Of a DNA stretch of 64,000 bases, positions 43,668 to 61,835 are shown piece by piece. This DNA is from Escherichia coli (GTDB lineage: Bacteria > Pseudomonadota > Gammaproteobacteria > Enterobacterales > Enterobacteriaceae). The DNA is taken from NCBI RefSeq assembly GCF_050920415.1, contig NZ_CP169309.1. One strand, written 5' to 3'. Position 1 is the first letter of the stretch, and each line of letters begins with the position of its first letter. The notes beneath the pieces were generated by a model. The model made no database searches and was not told where the DNA came from. It worked only from the letters and a program-made list of their open reading frames with translations. Both the position numbers and the translations under genes were made by a program.

Positions 43668-43767
43668 AATGATTATCCATAAAATGAAATCAGGCGGACT
43701 GGCCGCCTGAAGGTGTTATAAGCCTTTAATAAGCTTAGCAAGAGATGTTAATTTTTTCAGTAAGCTC

Positions 43768-44943
43768 TTACAGCTTGTTGTAAACACGCGCTAAACGGCC
43801 GTGGCCTTTGACAGTCACCGGTGATTCGTTGGCGGCAATAAACGCTGATTCACCCGGTTTAAGCTGTAACTGCTGAGAACCTTTACACAGCGTTGCATCG
43901 CCTTCGACGCAGAACAAAATGGCGGCACTCTGCTGGCTGATGGTGGTTTCTTCTTCGCTAAGGTCATGCAGCGAGAAGGCAAAATCATCCACCGGAATCG
44001 GGAAGTCCAGTTCTGCACCTTGTTTCACTGGCTGGGTCAACAACTGGTTAGCCGGTTTGGCTTCGAACTTCACATTGGCAACCAGTTCCGGAATATCAAT
44101 GTATTTAGGCGTCAGACCCGCACGCAGCACGTTATCGGAGTTCGCCATCACTTCCAGCGCCACGCCTTGCAGGTAAGCGTGCGGTGTTTCAGCGAACAGG
44201 AACATCGCTTCGCCAGGATTCAATTTCACCACATTCAGCAACAGCGGGGAGAACAGACCGCTGTCTTCCGGGTAAAATTCAGAAATTAAACGAATCGTTT
44301 GCCATGGTTCACCCTGCTGGCTGTCGAGGGCCGATTTTAAAATCGCCAGCGCGCGGGATTTTTCTTCACCCTGCATATTCAACAGGCTGGCGAACAGTTC
44401 GCTTAAACGTTCGGCATCAGGCTGTTGTAAAAAGTGAGCAATCGCCGGATGTGCACCTGCGACTGGCTGGAGTAGGGAGACAATCTCGGAAAACTCACGA
44501 AACGCGTTCATCGCAAGGAAAGGCGTCAGCGCAAAAACCAGCTCCGGCTTGTGGTTAGGATCTTTATAGTTACGCTCAGCGGCATCCATCGGAATACCTG
44601 CAGCATTTTCTTTGGCAAAACCGATTTCAGAATTGCGTTTGTTTGGATGAACCTGAATGGAGAGCGGCTGTGCTGCGCATAATACTTTGAACAGGAAAGG
44701 CAGTTCGCCAAAGCGTTTGGCAACGGCCTCTCCGAGCAGAGTCGATTTATCACTCTCAATCACATCACGCAGTGAAACGATATCTCCGGCGGCATTCTGC
44801 ACCTGTGAACTGCTTTTCGGATGTGCGCCCATCCACAGCTCGGCCATCGGCTGGCTGGACGGATTTTCCATACCATAAAGTTCAGTCAACGCCGTTTTGC
44901 TGCCCCAGGCATAGTTTTGCACTGAGTTAATGAGTTTTTGCAT
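43768..44943 (-). CDS. manA: Mannose-6-phosphate isomerase (type I)
   Basis: ORF 43768..45021; start set at MQKLINSVQNYAWGSKTALTELYG (391 aa). Confidence 0.95.
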   Translation of the reverse strand: MQKLINSVQNYAWGSKTALTELYGMENPSSQPMAELWMGAHPKSSSQVQNAAGDIVSLRDVIESDKSTLLGEAVAKRFGELPFLFKVLCAAQPLSIQVHPNKRNSEIGFAKENAAGIPMDAAERNYKDPNHKPELVFALTPFLAMNAFREFSEIVSLLQPVAGAHPAIAHFLQQPDAERLSELFASLLNMQGEEKSRALAILKSALDSQQGEPWQTIRLISEFYPEDSGLFSPLLLNVVKLNPGEAMFLFAETPHAYLQGVALEVMANSDNVLRAGLTPKYIDIPELVANVKFEAKPANQLLTQPVKQGAELDFPIPVDDFAFSLHDLSEEETTISQQSAAILFCVEGDATLCKGSQQLQLKPGESAFIAANESPVTVKGHGRLARVYNKL

Positions 44944-45141
44944 GATCAATCCCTGTTTTAATGTGGAAATTAATCCCGCTATTAAAGCAAGAATCCTACG
45001 GGAAGTAACCTGGAGCCGCAAAAAGTCGTACTAGTCTCAGTTTTTGTTAAAAAACTGTGTAGGATATTGTTACTCGCTTTTAACAGGGCAACGGAACACC
45101 CGCCCAGAGCATAACCAAACCAGGCAGTAAGTGAGAGAACA

Positions 45142-46788
45142 ATGTCAAACAAACCCTTTCATTATCAGGCTCCTTTTCCACTCAAAAAAGATGATACTGA
45201 GTATTACCTGCTAACCAGCGAACACGTTAGCGTATCTGAATTTGAAGGGCAGGAGATTTTGAAAGTCGCACCCGAAGCGTTAACTCTGTTGGCGCGTCAG
45301 GCGTTTCATGATGCGTCATTTATGCTGCGTCCGGCTCACCAACAACAGGTGGCCGATATTCTGCGTGACCCGGAGGCCAGCGAAAATGATAAATATGTGG
45401 CGCTGCAATTCCTGCGTAACTCCGACATCGCGGCAAAAGGCGTTCTGCCAACCTGTCAGGATACCGGCACCGCGATTATTGTTGGTAAAAAAGGGCAGCG
45501 TGTATGGACCGGTGGCGGTGATGAAGCAGCGCTGGCGCGCGGTGTCTATAACACTTATATCGAGGATAATCTGCGCTACTCGCAAAACGCGCCGCTGGAT
45601 ATGTATAAAGAGGTGAATACCGGCACTAACTTACCAGCGCAGATCGATCTTTATGCCGTTGATGGTGACGAGTACAAATTCCTCTGTATCGCCAAAGGTG
45701 GCGGTTCGGCAAACAAGACGTATCTCTATCAGGAAACCAAAGCGTTACTGACGCCGGGAAAACTGAAAAATTACCTGGTTGAGAAGATGCGCACGCTGGG
45801 TACGGCGGCCTGTCCTCCGTATCATATTGCGTTCGTTATTGGTGGAACTTCTGCAGAAACGAATCTTAAAACGGTGAAACTGGCTTCCGCTAAATACTAT
45901 GATGAACTGCCAACGGAAGGGAATGAGCACGGTCAGGCGTTCCGCGATGTGGAACTTGAAAAAGAATTGCTGATCGAAGCGCAAAATCTTGGTCTGGGTG
46001 CGCAGTTTGGTGGTAAATACTTCGCTCACGACATCCGCGTGATTCGCCTGCCACGTCACGGCGCATCCTGCCCGGTCGGTATGGGTGTCTCCTGTTCTGC
46101 TGACCGTAATATCAAAGCGAAGATCAACCGTCAGGGGATCTGGATCGAAAAACTGGAACATAATCCAGGCAAATATATCCCGGAAGAGCTGCGCAAAGCG
46201 GGAGAAGGCGAAGCGGTGCGCGTTGACCTTAACCGTCCGATGAAAGAGATCCTCGCACAGTTGTCGCAGTATCCCGTTTCTACACGCTTATCGCTGAATG
46301 GCACGATTATCGTCGGTCGTGATATTGCTCACGCCAAACTGAAAGAGCGGATGGATAACGGTGAAGGGCTGCCGCAGTACATCAAAGATCATCCGATTTA
46401 CTATGCGGGTCCGGCCAAAACGCCGGAAGGTTATGCCTCCGGTTCTCTTGGCCCAACGACCGCCGGACGGATGGATTCTTATGTCGATCAACTGCAAGCG
46501 CAGGGCGGCAGTATGATCATGCTGGCGAAAGGCAACCGCAGCCAGCAGGTGACGGATGCCTGTAAAAAACACGGCGGTTTCTACCTCGGTAGTATCGGTG
46601 GTCCGGCAGCAGTATTGGCGCAGGGAAGTATTAAGAGCCTGGAATGTGTTGAATATCCGGAACTGGGAATGGAAGCCATCTGGAAAATTGAAGTAGAAGA
46701 TTTCCCGGCGTTTATCCTTGTGGATGATAAAGGAAATGACTTCTTCCAGCAGATACAACTCACACAGTGCACCCGCTGTGTGAAATAA
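45142..46788 (+). CDS. fumA: Fumarate hydratase class I (Fe-S, aerobic)
   Basis: ORF track 548 aa ([29 protein letters not shown]...). Confidence 0.95.
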   Translation: MSNKPFHYQAPFPLKKDDTEYYLLTSEHVSVSEFEGQEILKVAPEALTLLARQAFHDASFMLRPAHQQQVADILRDPEASENDKYVALQFLRNSDIAAKGVLPTCQDTGTAIIVGKKGQRVWTGGGDEAALARGVYNTYIEDNLRYSQNAPLDMYKEVNTGTNLPAQIDLYAVDGDEYKFLCIAKGGGSANKTYLYQETKALLTPGKLKNYLVEKMRTLGTAACPPYHIAFVIGGTSAETNLKTVKLASAKYYDELPTEGNEHGQAFRDVELEKELLIEAQNLGLGAQFGGKYFAHDIRVIRLPRHGASCPVGMGVSCSADRNIKAKINRQGIWIEKLEHNPGKYIPEELRKAGEGEAVRVDLNRPMKEILAQLSQYPVSTRLSLNGTIIVGRDIAHAKLKERMDNGEGLPQYIKDHPIYYAGPAKTPEGYASGSLGPTTAGRMDSYVDQLQAQGGSMIMLAKGNRSQQVTDACKKHGGFYLGSIGGPAAVLAQGSIKSLECVEYPELGMEAIWKIEVEDFPAFILVDDKGNDFFQQIQLTQCTRCVK

Positions 46789-46791
46789 ACA

Positions 46792-46817
46792 GAGCCGCCC
46801 TTCGGGGCGGTTTTTTT
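46792..46817 (+). terminator. Intrinsic terminator downstream of fumA
   Basis: GCCGCCC-TTCG-GGGCGG hairpin followed by TTTTTTT. Confidence 0.9.
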
Positions 46818-46930
46818 ACATGGCACGAAAGACCAAACACTTGTTATCAAATAGTAAATAATGAGTGAGCTAAAAGTTGCTTAACGAAAGCAAAACAGAA
46901 AGAAAAAATTAATCAGGTGAGGAGCAGGCC

Positions 46931-50638
<3,708 letters not shown>

Positions 50639-50641
50639 CGC

Positions 50642-51361
50642 TTATTCCCATGCATGAGGCGCAAAAAGATAGCCTTTGTTACGCACAGTTTTAATGCGAT
50701 AAGGTTCTGCGGCGTTATCGAGCAGTTTTTTTCTTAATCGCGAAATAGCCACATCCACGCTACGATCCAGACCATCATAACTGACGCCACGTAAGTTCTT
50801 CAGCAATGCATCGCGGTCCATGATTTGCCCGGCATGAGTGGCTAATTCCCACAATAATTCGAAATCAGCCGTCGAGAGCGAGATTTCAGCATTAGCCAGA
50901 GTGACTACGCGGTTGATGGGATCGATAGTCAACGTGCCGAAATGCAGGGCTTTGTAGGGAGTCAGCGTCGTTTCCTGAAGACCTTTGCTCAGTGTGGCTT
51001 GCTCATTCTGACGCAAATGCAAACGTAAACGCGCTAACAAAACAGCAGGGGGCGTCGTTTTGAGAATATAGTCGCAGGCACCCATTTCTAGTGCCAGGAT
51101 GTGGTTCATATCGCTATCGAGAGAGGTTAGAAGAACAATCGGTCCGGACCACTTTGCGCGTAAATCACGACAAATGGTCATGCCGTCCTTGCCTGGTAGC
51201 ATGATATCGAGTAACACCAAATCCGGATTTTCTCGCAGAATAGTTTCTTCGGCCTGGTCGCCGCGCGGCTCTACGGTAACCTGCATATCATGTTTTGCCA
51301 GGTACGCGGCAATCAGTGAACCGACTTCCGCATCATCTTCCACAAATACGATAGTGTTCAT
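50642..51361 (-). CDS. rstA: OmpR-family response regulator RstA
   Basis: ORF 50642..51421; start set at MNTIVFVEDDAEVGSL (239 aa); receiver plus winged-helix domains. Confidence 0.9.
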   Translation of the reverse strand: MNTIVFVEDDAEVGSLIAAYLAKHDMQVTVEPRGDQAEETILRENPDLVLLDIMLPGKDGMTICRDLRAKWSGPIVLLTSLDSDMNHILALEMGACDYILKTTPPAVLLARLRLHLRQNEQATLSKGLQETTLTPYKALHFGTLTIDPINRVVTLANAEISLSTADFELLWELATHAGQIMDRDALLKNLRGVSYDGLDRSVDVAISRLRKKLLDNAAEPYRIKTVRNKGYLFAPHAWE

Positions 51362-51489
51362 ATTATTCACGGTAGATATAAAAACGTCACAATACACCGC
51401 GCTGTTTTTACTTACTATCAATCGTTTCTAAACAAGTTTTCATCAGGTATTCTACTGGTGACTTGTTATGGAAGTGTTAAGGTAAAAAG

Positions 51490-51825
51490 ATGGGGCTGGT
51501 AATCAAAGCCGCGCTCGGTGCGCTGGTAGTGCTGTTGATTGGTGTTTTAGCAAAAACGAAAAATTATTATATCGCCGGGCTGATTCCACTTTTCCCGACC
51601 TTTGCGCTCATCGCGCATTATATTGTTGCCAGCGAACGCGGCATTGAAGCCTTACGCGCAACCATCATTTTTAGCATGTGGTCGATTATTCCCTATTTTG
51701 TTTACCTGGCGTCGCTGTGGTATTTCACCGGAATGATGCGCTTGCCCGCCGCTTTTGTTGGTTCTGTTGCATGCTGGGGGATAAGCGCATGGGTGTTGAT
51801 TATATGCTGGATTAAGCTGCATTAA
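51490..51825 (+). CDS. ydgC: Inner-membrane protein YdgC (GlpM family)
   Basis: ORF track 111 aa, four hydrophobic segments; convergent 4-bp overlap with folM. Confidence 0.85.
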   Translation: MGLVIKAALGALVVLLIGVLAKTKNYYIAGLIPLFPTFALIAHYIVASERGIEALRATIIFSMWSIIPYFVYLASLWYFTGMMRLPAAFVGSVACWGISAWVLIICWIKLH

Positions 51826-52544
51826 CGCAGATGACGACCGCCATCAAGAGGGAAACTGCGTCCGGTGACAAAGCAGCTGGTAAGTAAGTAATCGACCAGG
51901 TCGATCACTTCTTTCTCGCCAGGCGCGGTTTTCATCAGTGATTTATTCAGCGCCTGTTGTCGATATTCGGCATCATCATGCTCATTAAACAGGATCAGCG
52001 ATGGCGCAATAGAATTCACTTTCACTTCCGGTGCCAGCTTGCGGGCAAACGAGCGGGTCATATTATCCAGTGCTGCTTTGCTTGCAGCATAGGCAATATG
52101 TTTGTCGCTACCGCGCTCCACCACATAATCGGTAAAGTGAATAATATCGCTGGCGGCGTGTCCGTGCCCGCGCAGTAATCTTTCCAGCGCGTGGTTAAGT
52201 AGGTATGGGGCATTAACGTGGATCTGCATCATGCAGGCCAGTACGTCGGTGAGTGGCATACCTGGTTTTTCTGCCATCCACGCACTGGCATTGTGCAACA
52301 CCGCACGCAGGCCGTGGGTGCTTTTTAGCACTTCATCGGCAAACGCCATCACACCGTCGTTGGTCGAAAAATCAGCCTGAATACACAGCGCACCCGCATT
52401 CATCAGCCCATCAATGGCAGGATAGTGTGTCCGATAGCTGACTATCACCGGTTGCTTTTGATTAATGAAATGCCAAGCGAGGGCGAGGCCGATGCGACGG
52501 CCGCCTCCAGTAATTAATATTGGCAAGGGCTGGGTTTTACCCAT
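51822..52544 (-). CDS. folM: Dihydromonapterin/dihydrofolate reductase FolM (SDR family)
   Basis: ORF track 240 aa; TGGGRRIG dinucleotide motif. Confidence 0.92.
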   Translation of the reverse strand: MGKTQPLPILITGGGRRIGLALAWHFINQKQPVIVSYRTHYPAIDGLMNAGALCIQADFSTNDGVMAFADEVLKSTHGLRAVLHNASAWMAEKPGMPLTDVLACMMQIHVNAPYLLNHALERLLRGHGHAASDIIHFTDYVVERGSDKHIAYAASKAALDNMTRSFARKLAPEVKVNSIAPSLILFNEHDDAEYRQQALNKSLMKTAPGEKEVIDLVDYLLTSCFVTGRSFPLDGGRHLR

Positions 52545-52580
52545 CGTTATCTCCTTTGCTATCCAACGATGGGATGAACG

Positions 52581-53963
52581 TTATCCCACCAGCATCCAGG
52601 TCGCCGGAACTGAGGCAATTAACAGCATGCCAATCAGCACCATTTCCTGACGATTCAGTACATTATCATGTGTATGCGTTTTACGCGCGTACAGGAAGAC
52701 CAGTAGCCCTGGCGCATACAGAACGACGGACAACAGCAGATGCATTGGACCAGAGGCGTACAATAACCATAAGCCATAAATGCAGGCACCGACACCTACC
52801 GCCTTATGCAGTGGACGGGTTGCGATTTTCAGTAAGAACGCGCCGACCAGGAAATAGGGCACCAGAATCATTTCTGAGGCGATGGTCAGCAATGTGTTGT
52901 AATCGGAACCGGTCAGCCAGATGAGCACCAGACAAATTTGCACGCAGATGTTGGTCAGCCACAGTGAGGCGGATGGCGCGGCTTGTGCGTTCTGGCGCGC
53001 AAAAATGCGCGGGAATGCTTTATGGGTGGCTGCCAGGAACGGAACTTCTGCCGCCATGATGGTCCAGCTTAAGTACGCACCGCAAACGGAAACGATCAAA
53101 CCGGCAGCGATGATGATTTCGCCCCACGGTCCCATCATTTCCACCATCAGACCGGCCATTGACGGGTTACGAATTTCAGCCAGTTCAGGACGTGCTACCA
53201 CGCCCAGCGAAAGCAGCGTTACCAGCAAGTAAACGCCCAGAGCGGAGAGAACCGCCAGCAGTGTTGCTTTACCTACATCACGTTTATTACGCGCACGCGC
53301 CGAAACGACCACAGCACCTTCCACACCAATGAAAACCCACAGGGTGATCAGCATGGTGTTTTTCACCTGTTCCCATACCGGTACGCCAAGTGCAAGGCCA
53401 GTAAAGTCGAGCTTGAAGGTGTCCAGTTTGAACATCATCATCGCCAGCACAATAAACAGGCCCAGCGGCAACAATTTTGCCAGTGTCGCCACCAGGTTAA
53501 TGCTGGCAGCGGTTTGTACCCCGCGCAGGATCAAAAAGTGAACAATCCACAATAAAGCCGAGGCACCGACGATCGATTGCCAGGTATTGCCATCGCCAAA
53601 CAGACGCAATTCCGGCGTGTCCGTAAAAAAGCTTAACGCGGAAAAAACGATCACCAGATAGGAGACGTTGGCGATAACCGCGCACAGCCAGTACCCCCAT
53701 GCGGAACAAAAGCCGATTAACTCACCAAACCCTTCGCGGGCATAGGTAAAGATGCCGCCGTCAAGCTCGGGGCGAATGCGTGTGAGGATCAGCATGGCAA
53801 AGGCCAGCAATAAAATGCCAGCACCAGTAATGCTCCAGCCGATGAGCAGTGCTGCCGGGCTGGCAACTGCCGCCATATTTTGCGGCAGACTGAAAACACC
53901 CGCGCCCAGCATTGAGCTTAATACCAGCGCGGTGAGTGCGCTCAGTCCCAGTTTCTTTTCCAT
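52581..53963 (-). CDS. ydgI: APC-family amino-acid antiporter YdgI (ArcD-like arginine:ornithine antiporter homolog)
   Basis: ORF track 460 aa, 12-13 TM-like segments. Confidence 0.88.
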   Translation of the reverse strand: MEKKLGLSALTALVLSSMLGAGVFSLPQNMAAVASPAALLIGWSITGAGILLLAFAMLILTRIRPELDGGIFTYAREGFGELIGFCSAWGYWLCAVIANVSYLVIVFSALSFFTDTPELRLFGDGNTWQSIVGASALLWIVHFLILRGVQTAASINLVATLAKLLPLGLFIVLAMMMFKLDTFKLDFTGLALGVPVWEQVKNTMLITLWVFIGVEGAVVVSARARNKRDVGKATLLAVLSALGVYLLVTLLSLGVVARPELAEIRNPSMAGLMVEMMGPWGEIIIAAGLIVSVCGAYLSWTIMAAEVPFLAATHKAFPRIFARQNAQAAPSASLWLTNICVQICLVLIWLTGSDYNTLLTIASEMILVPYFLVGAFLLKIATRPLHKAVGVGACIYGLWLLYASGPMHLLLSVVLYAPGLLVFLYARKTHTHDNVLNRQEMVLIGMLLIASVPATWMLVG

Positions 53964-54097
53964 CGATATCCAGTGGTTAAAACGTGATTAGAAGAATAAA
54001 TATTAGGGCAAAACGCATAAAAATGGAGTTTGCCACTGAAGCGCGGGATTTTACGAAGAGATGTGTCTGCATGCAATGGTCGTGGGGAAATTTGTGA

Positions 54098-54130
54098 CTA
54101 AAAATGCTAAAGGCGGCATTAAGCCGCCTT
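54098..54130 (-). terminator. Intrinsic terminator downstream of ydgH
   Basis: AGGCGGC-ATTAA-GCCGCCT hairpin followed on the minus strand by AGCATTTTTAGT. Confidence 0.8.
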
Positions 54131-54148
54131 ATAGTGGTAACTGAATAG

Positions 54149-55093
54149 TTATTTATACAGATCTGCGCTAACGGTGAGGTTATTACCACGTTCCTGCCAC
54201 TGGCGGGTGATGTGGTAATACTTAGCGCCTTTCTTCGCGGCACGTTTTGCAACCTGATAGGAGACTTCGGTCATGTTGCCATAGTTGCCAGAGAATTTGA
54301 TGCTGTCGAATGGAACCATCATCGCTGCTGTTGCTTTGTTCAGTTCTTCGACTTTAGTACCATCAGGAAGCGTGACAGTGTAACGCCCGCCTTTTGATGA
54401 CTGGGTTTCAAAGAAGCGACCAACTTCAGAACTTGGTGATGCGGTTGTCGCAACCCCTGGGATCTCTACTTTCTTCGCTGCTTCGCCACCCGCAGCGAGA
54501 GCTGCACGTCCCGCTTCGGAATCTGCCGGGATCACATCCGGGCTTTGTACGACGCGTTTCTTAGCATCTTTTTTATAGATGAACGCTGTAATGCGCTGGT
54601 TACCGCCCCGGTTAGCATCGATTTGACGAACAATGTAGAAAGCGTAAGCGCCTTTCGCTTTTGCCGCTTTGGTGATGGCGTCATTGACTTCAGGCTGGCT
54701 ACGATAGAAGCCCTGAACGGTAACCGTATCAAACGGTTCAATCAGAACGGCCTGATCTTTTGGCAGTTCGACAACACCGTTGATAACGCGATTACTTGTT
54801 TCTTCGGCTTTTTCAGCATCGGCTTTATAGAGGTCAGCGACCACACGCCAGTTACCGCTGTTACCAAAATCAGAAGTGTCGACAACATAAAAAGAGGCGG
54901 CACCTTCTTTATCAGCGCGACGAGAAACGGCTTTCACCGCTTCGCCAATAGCATTAAAACGACCGGTAACCACTACACGGTCAAAAGGTTTAACCGCTGC
55001 CGCTTGCTCCGGTGTCAGTTCTGTTGCTGCGTTAACGGAAAAGGCCGTAGCAGAAAGCAGTGCCGACGCCAGGAGGGTGTTCTTAAGCTTCAT
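54149..55093 (-). CDS. ydgH: Periplasmic DUF1471-repeat protein YdgH
   Basis: ORF track 314 aa; signal peptide; three internal repeats of a YdgH/BhsA/McbA-like domain. Confidence 0.88.
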   Translation of the reverse strand: MKLKNTLLASALLSATAFSVNAATELTPEQAAAVKPFDRVVVTGRFNAIGEAVKAVSRRADKEGAASFYVVDTSDFGNSGNWRVVADLYKADAEKAEETSNRVINGVVELPKDQAVLIEPFDTVTVQGFYRSQPEVNDAITKAAKAKGAYAFYIVRQIDANRGGNQRITAFIYKKDAKKRVVQSPDVIPADSEAGRAALAAGGEAAKKVEIPGVATTASPSSEVGRFFETQSSKGGRYTVTLPDGTKVEELNKATAAMMVPFDSIKFSGNYGNMTEVSYQVAKRAAKKGAKYYHITRQWQERGNNLTVSADLYK

Positions 55094-55553
55094 AAAAATA
55101 ATCCTTCGCCTTGCGCAAACCAGGTACTGGTATTGTTATTAACGAGAAACGTGGCTGATTATTGCATTTAAACGGTGTAACTGTCTGCGTCATTTTTCAT
55201 ATCACATTCCTTAAGCCAATTTTAATCCTGTTCAAATGACGGTCTATGCTTAAAAAACAGCCGTATCAGCATCAATACTACTGAAGCAACTGAATTGTAT
55301 AAGTTAATTTAATGTTAAGTAATGATTCGTGCCGGGGCGATATCACGTTTTACCTGTCCACCGAAGATAATTATCAGTCTTTATCTAGCGTTCTAAGGTG
55401 TTTATCCCACTATCACGGCTGAATCGTTAATATTTTGCGAGTTCACGCCGAAATACTGATTTTTGGCGCTAGATCACAGGCATAATTTTCAGTACGTTAT
55501 AGGGCGTTTGTTACTAATTTATTTTAACGGAGTAACATTTAGCTCGTACATGA

Positions 55554-57149
<1,596 letters not shown>

Positions 57150-57156
57150 GGGGTAA

Positions 57157-58548
<1,392 letters not shown>

Positions 58549-58552
58549 ACTT

Positions 58553-58584
58553 GACGGCCTCTGCGGAGGCCGTCACTCTTTATT
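58553..58584. terminator. Hairpin between convergent pntB and tqsA (pntAB terminator)
   Basis: GACGGCCTC-TGCG-GAGGCCGTC hairpin followed by a T-rich tract; overlaps the tqsA stop codon. Confidence 0.75.
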
Positions 58585-59607
58585 GAGATCGCTTAACAGA
58601 ACGGCGATGCTTTGACCTCCCGCTGTTTGTTCAAGCGCAATTTTGACAATAATTGTCAACGGCACGGAAAGCAGCATACCCACCGGTCCTAACAACCATC
58701 CCCAAAAAATCAACGACAGAAATACCACCAATGTGGAAAGCCCCAGCCCACGCCCCATGATCCGCGGCTCCAGAATATTGCCGAAGACCAGATTAATCAG
58801 CAGATATCCCGCCAGCACCAGCAACGCTTCGTAGAAGCCATTAAACACCAGTACCTGAGCGATAGGGGGGATTGCCGCGAGGACTGAACCAATATTCGGG
58901 ATGTAATTAAGCGCAAAGGCCAGCAATCCCCAGACAAAAGCGAAGCGAACATCGAGTGCGGCGAGCATCGCCCAGGCGACCAGGCCGGTGATGATGCTGA
59001 TGGCTGTTTTCAGCACCAGATAATGAGACACACTGTCAATCGCACGCTGAATCGCCGCCATCCCTTCAACCGGACGCGCCATCATTTGCTGAAATTTTCC
59101 GGGCAATTGTGGCACTTCGAGCAGCATAAACAGCACCGTCAGCAGCAATAAAAATATTGATGACATGGCATTAGATAACTGCGTCAATAAGTTGGTGAGC
59201 AACGTCATCGCCGCGTTCGGATCAATGTAATGCGCCAGTTGGTCAACTGAGACGTCAATCCCTACGCGTTGCAACAACGGTTCAAGAGCTTGCAGCGGCG
59301 TCATAATAGAGTTGCGATATTGCGGTAACGTCCGCGTCAACTCGTTGAGCGCGGAACCCAGATAAGCTAACAGCAACACCATCGCCATCACGATGATGGT
59401 CATCAAAATCGACACCGCCAGTACACGCGGCACTCGCCAGCGGACCATGTGTTGCACCAGCGGGTTAAGAATAACAGCAATAAATAATGCGAGAATAAAC
59501 GGCACGAGGATCTCGGCGGCAAAACGGATACCGCAGAGAATAATGACCAGCATTCCCAACATAATGACGATTTTTAGACCATTGAGCGTGATGATCGGCT
59601 TTGCCAT
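58573..59607 (-). CDS. tqsA: AI-2 exporter family membrane protein TqsA (YdgG)
   Basis: ORF track 344 aa, polytopic (AI-2E/PerM family). Confidence 0.9.
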   Translation of the reverse strand: MAKPIITLNGLKIVIMLGMLVIILCGIRFAAEILVPFILALFIAVILNPLVQHMVRWRVPRVLAVSILMTIIVMAMVLLLAYLGSALNELTRTLPQYRNSIMTPLQALEPLLQRVGIDVSVDQLAHYIDPNAAMTLLTNLLTQLSNAMSSIFLLLLTVLFMLLEVPQLPGKFQQMMARPVEGMAAIQRAIDSVSHYLVLKTAISIITGLVAWAMLAALDVRFAFVWGLLAFALNYIPNIGSVLAAIPPIAQVLVFNGFYEALLVLAGYLLINLVFGNILEPRIMGRGLGLSTLVVFLSLIFWGWLLGPVGMLLSVPLTIIVKIALEQTAGGQSIAVLLSDLNKE

Positions 59608-60018
59608 GCTTGTCCCCGTTTTTTCTTTCTTTGCTAATAATAATGTCTTTTTCGTTCCGTCATCATAACGAAAATCAATCCGCTCGGGTAAAGAAGTGAA
59701 AATATTTTGAGTTAATTCTTAAGCTATGATACAAATCAGGCGTGTTCAACTACCGAGGACAATTATCATCCGCGATGATGAGAAGCAACACTGCGGATAA
59801 TTGTAATATTATGGACAATTTGTTCAGGACGTTATTTTCTACATTTACCCATCTTCGTACCTCATCCACTATCTTGCTCGTAGGTGAGCAGCACTGGCGC
59901 AACGCGCTTTAGTCCTTTCTTCTGCCTAACCTTGCGCTATGCGCGGGGCTTGATCACTTTGCTCTGGTTTCGCTGAATTGAGCGAAAGATAAAATAATTC
60001 TCTTGCAGGAGAAGGACG

Positions 60019-60384
60019 ATGTATATTTATTGGATTTTATTAGGTCTGGCTATTGCTACGGAAATTACCGGCACGCTGTCAATGAAATGGGCGAGCGTCA
60101 GTGAGGGTAATGGCGGTTTTATTTTAATGCTGGTGATGATTTCTCTGTCGTATATATTTCTCTCCTTCGCCGTTAAAAAAATCGCCTTAGGCGTAGCTTA
60201 TGCGCTGTGGGAAGGTATCGGTATTTTATTGATTACCTTGTTTAGCGTTTTGTTATTCGATGAAAGTTTATCGCTGATGAAAATTGCCGGGTTAACCACC
60301 CTGGTGGCCGGGATTGTGTTAATCAAATCAGGTACCCGTAAAGCGTGTAAACCTGAGCCGGAGGTGAACCATGGCGCAGTTTGA
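60019..60384 (+). CDS. mdtJ: SMR-family spermidine exporter subunit MdtJ
   Basis: ORF track 121 aa; four-TM small multidrug resistance fold; first gene of mdtJI. Confidence 0.9.
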   Translation: MYIYWILLGLAIATEITGTLSMKWASVSEGNGGFILMLVMISLSYIFLSFAVKKIALGVAYALWEGIGILLITLFSVLLFDESLSLMKIAGLTTLVAGIVLIKSGTRKACKPEPEVNHGAV

Positions 60385-60700
60385 ATGGGTTCACGCCGCC
60401 TGGCTGGCATTGGCAATCGTGCTGGAAATCGTTGCTAACGTTTTTTTGAAATTTTCTGACGGCTTTCGTCGCAAAATATTTGGCGTGCTCTCTCTGGCGG
60501 CGGTGCTGGCTGCCTTTAGTGCGCTTTCTCAGGCCGTTAAAGGGATCGACTTGTCTGTCGCTTATGCATTGTGGGGCGGATTTGGTATTGCCGCCACGTT
60601 AGCCGCAGGTTGGATCTTGTTTGGTCAACGGTTAAATCGTAAAGGCTGGATTGGTCTGGTCTTGCTGTTGGCTGGAATGATTATGGTGAAGTTTGCCTGA
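60371..60700 (+). CDS. mdtI: SMR-family spermidine exporter subunit MdtI
   Basis: ORF track 109 aa; SMR fold; 14-bp overlap with mdtJ. Confidence 0.9.
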   Translation: MAQFEWVHAAWLALAIVLEIVANVFLKFSDGFRRKIFGVLSLAAVLAAFSALSQAVKGIDLSVAYALWGGFGIAATLAAGWILFGQRLNRKGWIGLVLLLAGMIMVKFA

Positions 60701-60738
60701 TGAACACGCTGCCCGTGCTGTCGGGCAGCGTTTGAATG

Positions 60739-61560
60739 CTATTTTTGCAAAAGTTGGTCTAGCTTGTCGCGAAAACCAGTGACAGAAATGGCCCGGTTAT
60801 CGGCACGCCAGCGATCTTTCGCGGCAGGAGCCGAACTTTGCACGCCAATTAACTGCCAGCCGTCATCGGTATGCAACATCAGAGGCGAACCGCTATCACC
60901 CGGCAAAGTATCGCACTGATGCGACATCACCGACGTTTGCGCCCAGCCAGTTACTTCGCAATTTTGATGACTGTATAGCGTATCGAGGTGATCTTCAGGA
61001 TATCCCGCTTGAGTCACTTTTCGACCTGCCGCTTTTAATGCGGCGGTAAGTGCGGCTTTATCTCCCGCAAATAACGGCAACGGTGTAATGCCAGAAGGGG
61101 GATTACGTAGCACAATCAAACCGAAGTCCCACGGCGCAGCTGCGGGAGGAACAATCCAACCATCCCCATCTGCTTTTAACCGCTTTCCCAGTGTCGGGTC
61201 AACGCGGCCTTCTATGTCGTGGATCTCATAGCGCCAAAGACCTTTACTTGACACAAAACGCAGCGCCACCGCTTTATCGGCTTTACCCTTTGGCGGCGTC
61301 AATAAACAGTGTCCTGCCGTTAATGCCAGATTGGGTGCAATCAGCGTCGCCGTACATAAATTGCCGCTGGCCGTTTCCAGTTGCCCAACCGCATCCCACG
61401 GTGATTGGGTCGTGTCATTCACGGGCACACGATCATCATGACCAAAAAACAGGGTGCTGACCTCATCGTTTGCCGATTTGGCAACGTCTGGTTTATCTGC
61501 AAACACAAAAGCAGACGTCAAACTAATTGCACCCAACACTACAGCAATGGTTGTACGCAT
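60739..61560 (-). CDS. ydgD: Putative secreted trypsin-like serine peptidase YdgD
   Basis: ORF track 273 aa; signal peptide; TAGHC His motif and GDSGSP Ser motif. Confidence 0.85.
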   Translation of the reverse strand: MRTTIAVVLGAISLTSAFVFADKPDVAKSANDEVSTLFFGHDDRVPVNDTTQSPWDAVGQLETASGNLCTATLIAPNLALTAGHCLLTPPKGKADKAVALRFVSSKGLWRYEIHDIEGRVDPTLGKRLKADGDGWIVPPAAAPWDFGLIVLRNPPSGITPLPLFAGDKAALTAALKAAGRKVTQAGYPEDHLDTLYSHQNCEVTGWAQTSVMSHQCDTLPGDSGSPLMLHTDDGWQLIGVQSSAPAAKDRWRADNRAISVTGFRDKLDQLLQK

Positions 61561-61659
61561 ATCACACTCTGGTGGGTAATTATGATTATTAAAAGCAAAC
61601 CCTCATAAATACTATAGACGGGACGGGATGAAAGTGGGAGTAAAATCAGATAACTACGA

Positions 61660-61743
61660 TCAGGAAAGATAAAAACGGGTGGCAATCAGTGCGCATAAAA
61701 TAAGGATGATAAGAATGAACTCAAAGCGATAACGGCCCACCAT
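61660..61743 (-). CDS. ydgU: Small hydrophobic protein YdgU (27 aa)
   Basis: Manual minus-strand translation MVGRYRFEFILIILILCALIATRFYLS; GGAGGG Shine-Dalgarno about 7 nt upstream; not in ORF track (under 60 aa). Confidence 0.6.
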   Translation of the reverse strand: MVGRYRFEFILIILILCALIATRFYLS

Positions 61744-61835
61744 ACTACCCTCCGCTAAAGGCGGTGCTAAACGTTACCCGCTTAGCACCGTAATTTTCAG
61801 GCGCGAGGGGGCGCGCCAGCATTACTGTTGAAAAC

